Source: Atractiella rhizophila
Taxonomy: Eukaryota
Length of the DNA: 54,295 bases
Direction: 5' to 3'
Assembly (NCBI GenBank): GCA_021432655.1
Contig: MU271485.1
Coordinates: 1-54,295 of the forward strand
Part shown: positions 12,502-22,800 of the stretch, in pieces
How the letters are laid out: every line of letters starts with the position of its first letter
Position numbering within the stretch: the stretch's first letter is position 1
Translations under genes and position numbers: made by a program
Notes under the pieces: model-generated
The model's database searches: none
The model's input: the letters and a program-made list of their open reading frames with translations, nothing else
Told to the model about the DNA's origin: nothing

Positions 12502-13495
12502 ATGGTCGCCATCAAAGCCTTCGCCGCTTTCTTCGCTCTAGCCTCTAGTGAGTTGATCTCTTTTGCCACCGTGAAAATCGCTGATCACGGTCGATCTCCC
12601 AACTTTCACTCTCAGTGGCTGTCGCTCAGTTCGAGCCTCTCGAAGAACGAGCTTCCTCTACTGCTCCCCAATTCGAGGCTCTCGAGGCCAGGAGCATGTT
12701 CCCTTCCCGTTCCACTGAAGGACATTCCCTATCCGGTCGCTCTCAAATTCACCACAAGAGGGCCGTGAACTCGTTCTACGCCTCCTCGTACTCCAAGTAC
12801 GTCAGCGACCTCGCCGGCCAAGTTGCCTCCGTCAAGAGCCAGATCCAGACTGCCTGCAAGAGCAAGGGAAAGACTTCCTCGAGCACGTTCACCAAGACCA
12901 TCCACCAGAGCTTGAGCAAGTGTAAGGAGCACGTCCACAAGTGTTGCGGCAACGTTCACAAGTGTGTTCATTCTTTCATTTTTATTGCTACGCTTCTGAC
13001 AACACTTGCATAGCATTCCCCATCACCCTCATCCTTCTCACTACCCTGGAAACCCCCCCACCATCCCTGGATGCGCTGGACAGGTTTCGTGAGTCCATTC
13101 GATTTTGTTGCTCCAATATTTACTGACTGAGGCATGTAGCTCTGTCGTCATTGATATCTCTGATATGGTCCGTTTAACCCACATGTCTTACAAGGAAAGG
13201 GGCTGACCAACGATTCGCAGTTCGATGACCTCAAGGAGTCGGTGAAGGGCAATGCCGAGCTTGAGTCCCTTGTTGCTGGTTACAGCCAGGGGATCGACGT
13301 CGAACTTGCCGACCTTGTTTCTTCCGGAGACTCTCTCCTCTCTGGAATCTCTTCTCTCACCCAGAAGTAGTGAGTCTCTCCTCCCATTGGATCAAACATG
13401 CAGAGTGCTGACTGGTCGCACACAGCACGTCCGGATTCGAGACCTCCCTGAACTCGAATGGTTTCTACAACCTTATCGGCTCCTTCAACCACTGA
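12502..13495 (+). CDS. Small secreted protein with signal peptide and propeptide, Cys-containing, ~6 exons
   Basis: TATAAATA at ~12371; signal peptide MVAIKAFAAFFALAS; LEERA, LEARS and HHKR sites; C-ending codon bias; last exon TSGFETSLNSNGFYNLIGSFNH*. Confidence 0.75.
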
Positions 13496-14801
13496 AGGTC
13501 GACCCCAAACACACTTCTTAACTGAAGTCAGTGTCAGAAGCCCAATCCTTCCTTAAAACGTTCACAGATGGGACGGTCCCTTTTTTACAATTTTTTTTTC
13601 TCAACTCCCAAGTTGGACGATTTCGATCAGTACCCCCCATCGCTTTCATTCACTAGAATCTTCATGGACTTCTGACATTTTTGTCTTGTCTCAACAGCAT
13701 CCAATCAGTCTCCTGTCTCTCTCTTCAAACAAATGGGCTCTAGGTTTCAACAGTCGCAATCGCTTTCTTTTCGTTCCGCGCTCTCAGTTTGAGACACGGT
13801 TCGATGGACTTTTCCTTCTAGACTCTCCGCTTGGAGAATGAATGTTGTTCCGTCGAACTGCATTATTATCATACTTTGGATCCCTCATCTCATCGTCCCT
13901 GCACATCTGCATTGGCTGGTTGGCTGCCTCAATTATAACGGTGGGGAACTACCTCTCTTCGTTGACGTTCTCAGCAGGTTAGTGCAACTTGAGGAGGGCA
14001 AGTACTCACCAACACGAACCAAAGCGAATATTCAAATGCCGTTTCCTGTAAGACTCAGGATAGCGCTGAGCGCTTGATTTGCTGCCCCTCCACATGAATT
14101 CCATCGTCATCTTATACCTGGTTTGGTGATAAGTTGAAGAGAGCAGCAATGGGCGAGGTGCGAGACCAAACCAATGAGAATGTGGTCTGCACTCGCACGG
14201 CAATTTGCTTTTATCAGAGAAAGGTGCAGAATAATGAGAAGGTGCAATTGGAAGTAAAAAGAAAATCTGAGCACACACCAAGGTAAAGATACTAGGAGAC
14301 ATGAATGCTCCCAGAAAGTAGGAGGCATAAGTGCTCCGGTTACCCCATCATTTGGGACATTCTGAAGCTGTAAGGAAGTCTAGGTAAAAAGTGTCTAGCA
14401 TACAAAAGAACGCATTCAGGCTAGCAACGTGCAGTGGTCAGGTTCGCAATGGGAGTGCTAGGGTGCTCTAGATGTACGGCTGTGCCACATATTTCATTTC
14501 GGGTAGATTTTGCTCCTTTTTCGTTATGAGCGGCCTTGTCCAACGGACACGAATGGATACCCCTCATTCTTTATCCTGAAAGTAATGCATCACCGTAGGA
14601 CATTTACCCATAGCCTTAGGGGCAATACGGTTTTGAGGCATGGCAGAACATAAGGTATTGCCATGGCAGATGGCAATATGAATGGCAGAAGGGCAGAACG
14701 CTAAATTGCAGTTTCAGAGGATTGTAGGCATATCTAGCAGTCAGGCAATATCATTTATTTCAAAGAAGCATATAATAAAGGGATTCCCATGGCTCAAATG
14801 G

Positions 14802-16760
14802 TCAATTGAGACAGGCACGCTTGCTCATGACATCTGATCCTGAATCTTCCGCTCTTCGAACCATCGGGAAAGCTGCAGGAATGCGTACAACAGAAGATGA
14901 CCCTCCTTCACTCCTTGAGAAGTGCTCTTCGTTGCCGTGTCGCTGCTGAGACTTCGTGAGATTCACTTGAAGAATTTCGTTTGCATTCCAGGGCGCCGAA
15001 TCTGCGGTACCTTGATGTTCCGACAACGACGGTTTCGTCGTCTTAGCTGCTGTTCCATTCTGAAGCATCACGTCGTAAGCGATGAGATTGTAGCGGTCAG
15101 AGGGTCAGGGAAGGTGCTCTCGTCCAAGTCATGTCGCTTCGGCTATTTCCTCCTTTGCCTTCTTCAACTCCTGCTGTAAGTTGGTTACAAGATCCTCATC
15201 GGCAGATACAGCTTCCTCAGGGTCCCCAATAATATCCAGCTCATTGTAATCTACGGTCTTAATGTAAATAGCTTGCAAGATCATCAAGAAATTGGAAAAA
15301 ACAAACCTTCAATCTCCTCGACAGTTTGCGTCTCCAACATGTCCTGTCTTCCACCTTTTCTCCGTTGAAATACTTTCCCTTCTCCTTTCTCTCTCTTGTT
15401 GTAAGTCGTCCATCGCTTGATCACGAACAATTGCTTGAGCTTGGAGACTGTAAGAGGATCGCGATCTCGAGTATGAATGCAACTGAGAACAGAAAAGGTA
15501 CTTTCAACAACCCCAGCGTGTAGAACCACGCTGAAGATGCGAATGGCGACGGAAATGAGTGGATACTGCGATAGAGGAAGGGCCAATTCCTCCCAATACT
15601 TCAGGGCATTAAGGGAGGTTTCCGCAAACTTCCCCTCAAAGTTATGATACTTGGCGACATTGTCGCAAAGAAGGGCGGAGGCTTTGCTGGAAAGCTTCCA
15701 GCGCTCCGCAAGTTGAAGTAAGAAGGATTTGACATTGGTGAGGTTGCGAGAGTTCGCTATGTGTCGGGAGACGGCGATTCCACGGCACATTGGATGAAGG
15801 TAAAGGGTGACAAAAAGGAGGTCGGAATCGATGGCATGGAACTGGTTTGTTAGGGCTGACACTATGTGCGGTCGCCGACGGGCGATGCGTCTGTAGTGGA
15901 GGTAAACCTAAGGGAATAGTATGGCATGAGGAGACTAACCTGTAGTGGAGGTAAACCTAAGAGAATACTCTGAGGTCACCACCACTACATCTCGATGTAT
16001 ATATACATATGTAGAAGCACTGCCACAAACTGTATCATAAGTTTCTTGAAACATGTAAGATAGCTAGATCAGGAGGGTAATAAAGGGAAAACTCGGAAAT
16101 AAGACATACTCAGCAGTACAAGTGAGAAAGGACAATAAAGCAATAATGGAGACGGTGCAGACCGGCGAAATGTTTAAGGTTTGCTGAGCGGCGATTCATG
16201 TGAGACAGGGGAAGGCGGCGATCAGCGAGAACTTGAGCAAAGCGGCGATGGGCAGGCGCATGGTCCTATGGCATGGTAAAGTAGGTCACGTGACTTCAGA
16301 TGGTGCATTTCGGTAATGCGTAGGGGCAAGCCTGACACGGTTCTTCAAACAAGAAACTGCATACTCAAGAATAAGTTCTCCCAGCCGATATCAGGGTCTT
16401 CCTCTGGCTCCAAATCCATTTGATCGAAGTGCTTTGCAAGATGAAGCAGCTCAAGCGCAATGTCAGCTAACATGCAGTCGGACCTCTCCAGCGCGTCAAT
16501 CGTATCAACTACAGGACTGACAACACGGACAAGGAACTTGTTCTCTGGGAAGAAGGGGAGATACGATGCAGTGAAGTAAGGACATCGGCATTGATACCCG
16601 TTCCCTTGCAATCTGTTGCCTCTGAATGCATGCTAATCTTTCCGAAAGCAGACCTAATACCAATATTTACATTAGTGGATCTGTGAGTAAGTGAAAAGAT
16701 AGACATCATACTCATGACCAATAAGAGCATGGAGGAGATGTCCAGTATAGTACCAAGCAA
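14802..16760 (-). mobile_element. Decayed hAT-superfamily transposase (C-terminal region including dimerisation domain), interrupted by a solo LTR
   Basis: VVSPVVDTIDALERSDCMLADI, then YAVSCLKN|QFHAIDSDLLFVTLYLHP across the LTR, and KYWEELALPLSQYPLISVAIRIFSVVLHAGVVESTFSVLSCIHTRDR (hATC-like). ATGGCAGA repeats at ~14640-14700 may be subterminal. Confidence 0.75.
15848..16337. mobile_element. Solo LTR (490 bp) inserted in the hAT ORF
   Basis: Ends TGTTAGG...CCTGACA (TG...CA, short inverted termini). Flanks TGGTT (15843-15847) and CGGTT (16338-16342) form a near-perfect 5-bp TSD. Removing it restores the local hAT frame. Confidence 0.75.
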
Positions 16761-17346
16761 GTTTCATGAGGGAAACAGACACAGTATCTAGGAATAGGAA
16801 CACCTTTGACTCCTGGGTCAAGGCTTGCCACCGGGTAGAAAGACGAGTAAGGGAGCTGCAGAGGGAGGTGGATAAGCTGAAGATGGAAAAGGACGTCCTC
16901 GAGGAGGAGACGAGAGCAGTAACGGACGAACGGAATGAACTGCATAACCAGCTCGTCAGCTTAAATGTCCCTACCAAGAGCTGTCCACCCCGCACAATCG
17001 ACCTTTCGTTTCCTCCCTACACCACCCCCCTCCAATCGAACCCTTCAGTCTTGCTCCCCAGCCCCAGCTCCATCAGAACTTCGGACCTCAACCTGCCCAA
17101 CCCCAGAAGCGGCCACTGGAGGAAGATGGAGAGATGGAGCTCATTCAGCTGGCCAAGGACCGGAGCACTGCCATGAAAGACCTCATTAACATGCTTTTCG
17201 ACCAAAGCATGGACCTTGACTTCAAAAACGCCTCCCCCTAGAACTCAATGTAAGTCCCCAATGTACAAAGTATTCTGCAATACACCAATGTACAACTGGG
17301 CCCAACCCTCTGACCTCAAAGTTCAAGGTTGCCAAAGCACCCACCT

Positions 17347-17505
17347 CAAAGTACCAATGTACGGCAGAGCTCTACGCTCCATGCGATAATGTCCCCCAAA
17401 GTACCAAAGTATGGCAGAGCCTTGTGCTCCTCACCTTAATGTACCCAAAGTACTAAAGTGCGGCAGAGCTGCACGCTCTAAGCCACAATGTATCTCAAGT
17501 AATAA
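17347..17505 (+). repeat. Imperfect ~50-bp tandem repeat, 3 copies
   Basis: Units start CAAAGTAC at 17347, 17397 and 17446; each contains GT-RYGGCAGAGC...GCTC...AATGT. Confidence 0.75.
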
Positions 17506-17644
17506 ATTCACAAATCAAAGCCTTTACCGAACAAAGGGCTATTCCCAAATTGTGGGATAGAATACACTGCGATTCCTTGCAGTTATCACTTGACGGAGTA
17601 CAGCGTGCTAACGTCGTCCCTTCCACCAGATTGTTGCAAACAAA

Positions 17645-18545
17645 ATGGAGAAGTGGATCCTCTCCAACCTACACAGTTATGTTCCAGCAATCTGCTTCAC
17701 CAGGTCGATCAAGGAGGAAATTGAGCAGAAATTCAGAACCACCAACGCAGCGATAAACTCCAGTGACACCTCTGTACGCTCCCGTGCCTTCAATAGCCTC
17801 GGAGACGACATAATCTTCAAGATCGCGAAGGAGGGAAAGGACCTTAACATCAACCGGGGCAAATGTGACTTAGCCATGAACAGTTACCTACAGGTTCTTT
17901 CGAAAGCCAACAAACCAAACCTTTCGAGGGATTTATGCCGCTTCATCGACTTCATCAAGGATGCCCACTACACCTTGCGCCTCCGCGCGGTTTCCAACAG
18001 CTCAGCAGCCTGGTTCAACGACTGGCCAATCTGGCACCGGGTAGCCATTAAATGCCAAAGATCCACCAAAGCAATGCCTCAAGTCATTTTGGTTCCCCAG
18101 ATTAAATACACGCTCAATATGTTGCAGGAACAATGGATGCTCCTTGAAGTCGAAAGCAAGTTGAGGACCCACACACCACCCACAACTCTTGCACATGCAC
18201 AGAAGCCCTTTCGTACAAAGTTCGAGAACCACTCCTCAAATGAGCCTTCCGCACCCACCACAGCCAGTCCCCCCCATCGATCGTGAGCAAGAAAAGATGA
18301 TCAGTGTGTCCGGTGCCTGTACAACGGTCACAAATACAATGACTGCTACTCCACCAGAACCATTTCTGAAGCCGGAGGAAAGAACCAGGCTGCTAAAGGT
18401 CAGGGACGAGGGAAGCTTATCGTTGAAGGAAGTAGTGATAGGATATGCTTCTTCCATCAACTGCATTCTGGATGCAAATGGGGAGACTGCTGCAGCGCTG
18501 GCATTATTGCTTGTACTCATATAACACTGACATGCCATGTGGTTC
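17645..18545 (+). pseudogene. Decayed gag-like ORF with CCHC zinc knuckle (DIRS/Ngaro-like retroelement remnant)
   Basis: Reading through the TGA at 18284-18286 gives ARKDDQ-CVRCLYNGHKYNDC (CX2CX4HX4C, 18305-18346), then a second Cys/His cluster ICFFHQLHSGCKWGDCCS. Confidence 0.55.
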
Positions 18546-19623
18546 CCAGAAGGTTGGAATTAGTCATCAGTCTCGAGCATGAGACGCCTCGGAACTTGAC
18601 CGGCTGTTATGGTCTTATCTGGGTGAACACGCGTTTCCAAACTGCGGGTTCCTAGCATTGAATCGATCACCATGTGCCTTTCCATAGCCATATGTGGTGC
18701 CGCGCACCACTTTTTCATACGAGTCTGCCCGTAACTTGAGGTTTCTATTTTCAAATTAGATATGCGATGCTCCCATGCGGTTTCATGGCATTGGGCCCAA
18801 ATCAACACATAGCACTTGGCAGCCCTGGGTGATGTGGCAACCCAAGTCATCGGTTCGATGTGAATTGCACAGGGCATAGCCCGTTGCTTCCCCTATCACA
18901 CCCTGCCTGACATGATGCTTTTTGGGGTTCGTTGCAATTTAGGTGTTCTGGGAATGACAACCGGAACTTGTGGGATCACTGATGTGATATTGGAGGCTGT
19001 TGTCGTCTTCTTTCTTCGCTTTGCTTCCTCGTGCCCCTACCTTGTGTTGCTGCCTCATGTTCTTTGGTCGGTTTTCCCGTCATGTTGGACCCACGTTCAT
19101 GAGAGCTCCTATTCAACTAGGTTTCATAGGGTTGGCTGTCACGGAAAACTAGATCCGACGAAAAGACCATGACAATTCTGGAATTGGGGCAGTATGAGTA
19201 TGGAGCGCTAAGCAATTTCGATATCACCAAACAGGAAATGGGCAGCGAGAGATTGAGCACCCCAAAGTTTGTCATTGCCTGAGGACACATGACACGTCAA
19301 GAACAAAGTAGTCATATCACCGGGACAGCTTTCAGGGTACTAGAAACGGGACAGTGTGGAGCTGGGCGTTTGAAGACAATATGTTGCTTAAACTGTCGTC
19401 AGATGGCGTTTCCCGGCTTCGATTGAGACATCAGCCATGTGAACAAACCCCTTGGAAATTGCCTGGGATATCGTACTCTCGAGCCACACCAGCAGAGATA
19501 TCGTCCTCTCGAGCATGCCAGCAGAGAGGGTCAGATCGAATTCAGGGGCTAGGTAGCAGGCAGTGCGTGTTTGAACTGCGTGCAAATCGGCGCCCAGTTG
19601 CCTGTTCTCCCATTTGCGTCTGC

Positions 19624-19736
19624 ACTTAGGTTTATCTCCACTACAGGTTAGTCTTCATGTCATATCATGCCCTTAGGTTTATCTCCACTACAAACGCATC
19701 GCCCGTCGGCAACTGCACATAGTGTCAGCCCTAACA
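19624..19736. repeat. Inverted partial copy of the solo-LTR terminus (matches 15848-15961)
   Basis: CTTAGGTTTATCTCCACTACAGG...GTGTCAGCCCTAACA is the reverse complement, with a few substitutions and small indels, of 15848-15961, including its internal ~22-bp direct repeat. Confidence 0.85.
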
Positions 19737-19899
19737 ACCTCATAGCCACCTTACTCAACATTGGACAGGAATTTGCACTCGCCATATGCGTGTTTGATTC
19801 CTGTAAGACTTTTGGTGCAGTGGCGGATTTCATTCCTCACTCAAAACTCGGTAATCCTGCTTTCTCAACCCCTTTACAAGTGCGGCTTCTCCAACTCAC

Positions 19900-22800
19900 C
19901 CCCAATTCAACTTCAACAGTTTCTGCAACTCAGTCATTAGCAACCCACGAAACCCAGTGGCAGTGGAACCACCAATATGTTCCAATTGCAGATGCATCAT
20001 CGTCATCCACCACCCTTTGGTGAAGCATTTGACGTCTCATCCCCACACATCATACCGTTAACGGCAGATAAGGACTTTACGATTCAATCATCCACGGACC
20101 TGAATGGAAATGTCCGCTTGACATGGGTCTTTGAGCGGTCCAAGTTGGGCTCCGTGTTACACCATGTCTTCAATCACGCATGCAAACTTGACCAAGAGAT
20201 ACATACAATGTTTCTGCTGCCGTGGCGCATACCCTTATGAGTCTGGTAAGTATTCCTGATTATGGGTGTATATTTACATACTGAAACATAAGCTACGACA
20301 GCAACGGCTATGTCTGTCATCATCAGACTCTCTACTCCTTCGTTCAGCTTCAAACCTCTACATGGTTAAACCATGCAAGATACCAGGCTGTAAAGCCATT
20401 GTTCAGCTAAACCACATGCGATTGCATGTGGCTGCCCATATTCTTAGCTTTCTCCATCCGGCCACTGTGAACAACCTTTGCACCTCATTCCACTTCCCCC
20501 TGCCACACATCTAGAACTGGTGACAAGAATGTATCGGTATGTTTCTTTCTTTCTCAAGACCATCTTCTGCTAAACTGACACACTATAACTTTAGCCTGTG
20601 TTCTTCACCTGCGGGTTTGTGGTTTGAATAATGGGAGCTGTTCAACAATGTTGAGGAAGAAGGGGAACGGAGTTGTATTACACTGCCAATCGAAGTTTAT
20701 CTGAATCCAGCCGTGCCCCACAAATTCTGAATGCAGAACTCAGATATGGCTGGACAGGCGAATCAGTTGTATGAGCAACTGGAGAAAGATGAGGTCGCAT
20801 CTGGATTCAGATGTAGACGACCGCTTGCATCTGAATGCGCCCTTCATCCAGTCGTAGTGTCAGCTGGACTTAACTGCTACCACCTGAAATCAGATGATTT
20901 GCACCTGCACTCAGCCGCCCCTCCATCCAAATGCACCTGCCAACAGCCGTAAGCAGTCAGCTGACATCCCACCCTCAGCCGCCCCACTCATTCGTATCCA
21001 GGCGCACCAAGTTGTAACCGTCCGGACAGATAGCTGCATGCATTTGCATTGCACTTCTGCATTTAGCTGAGAACACATTGTATATCCGCCTACATGCGTC
21101 TGTCCTTTACCTCTAAATATGAAAGTTTCTTCTTTTCCTTCTTTTCCTTCTATTCCCATCCTCTGGGCTTGTAGCCATTTGGGCTTCATGTAAGCTAAAT
21201 AACTTTCTTTGAAATGCCATCAAATGCAATTCTACACAACAGCATTGACAAAGATGGTTGGGAAGTTCCACAATCTTGAGCAGTTGGGAGGGATCAGTAA
21301 GTATGGAGACATGTTGACAGAGAGACTAGATCCTCGAACCGGGTGCCTAGGACCATGATGATCGGCTTGAGAGGAGTGGCTGACATGTGGAATAAGCCTA
21401 ACATGGTCTTGTCAGAAGTGGAAGGACTTAGACGTTTTCGAAAAAGTGAAGTCATGACGTTGTAGAAACGCTTGTTGCAAAGGGAGGTTAGAAAACATGA
21501 AATGTAGTAAGCATTTCAATAGGTTACTGGTATGTACACTGACACCCATGCTAGACTTTGGGTTTGATCCCCACTGATAGGGAGGTTAACATCATCCAAA
21601 AAAATCAGAAATAGTGTGGAAAGTGGGAAGTGTGGAGACAACGGCAGGAAGCACAAGCGGCAGAAAGAGCGTTTCTTTTTTTAAACCTGTTGTCAAACTA
21701 CTGACCGCATACAGATGCTTACAGATGAACGCAGATGTATAACCCGTGCTTGGACCTGGCACGGATCCAAACGGGGGTGATCCGATAAGGGGGCAAGCGG
21801 ACTGTGGATTAAGGCTAAAAACACATAGTTGCATAAGATAATAGGAATACATGGGTTATGGAATCACCTAAACCGTCGCAGCTACGGTGCAACAGAGCTT
21901 ATAGCAATGCTCATCAGAATGCGACAGAATTGCTAGAACAATACTTAGTGGTGTCTGTACAGTTAAGGAATGAACCTGAAATGCCCATTGGCATAAGTAA
22001 GATGTAAGAAAGTAAAGGGCTACTCACCTCGTACACTACAACAATGCGTAACGATTAAAAGACGCTACGAGTAAAGACAGATGGTGGTTGTGTGCAAGGG
22101 AGAAATGACTGAGACAGATTGGAAATTGAACATGGAATCAGATAAGTACTTCAACGTAAACATTGCACATTATCAATACTTCTAACCCGTATTACAAGAT
22201 GTCATTGCAGCCGTGAGAAGATGGGGGATGTAGTTGCAAGGCAGATGAACATCTTCTGGAGTCAGACGCACATCATTTGCATGTGGACATGCGCTCAGAT
22301 GCGACCAGTCGCAGACGGCTGCAAGCAGGCGCAATTCAGATGACTTCAGCATTCAGATATGGCTGGACAGGTGAATCCAGTTCATGATCAGAACAATACA
22401 GTTGTGATTGTCTGGTTACAGTTTTTAGATTCAACTGGCCACCACCTGAAACTGAATTGGCAGTATAGGTGGGGTGTGTGGTAGCAGATATCGTCCTTCA
22501 ACTTTCAATCACGTTTGAGCGTGGATCTCAATTGACAAAAGGACGGGGAAGAAAAAGTACAAGACTGATAATCCTTCATCGAACATCCCCTCACACTGTG
22601 TACTTTGTATCAATGCTGAAAGTGTTTCCCTTTAGAGCTATACCATGCCATTCCACCTTCAACAGCAGCATCCGAATGCCACCTATGCCGAAATATTAAA
22701 CCACAATCAAGATGTCTCAACTGTCTTCCCTCCTCCCGATAGTCGAAGTCTCCAAAGTCTTTAAATGGGAGATTTCAAGACATTTGAGGCAGAAGAGGTT

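Noticed and set aside
17347..17505. CRISPR-like array
   Set aside because: Eukaryotic context, only three degenerate tandem units, no unique spacers and no cas genes.
15848..19736. A single 3.9-kb TIR element bounded by the 113-bp inverted repeats
   Set aside because: No shared TSD; the left copy has its own LTR end and TSD at 16337-16342, and hAT sequence resumes after it.
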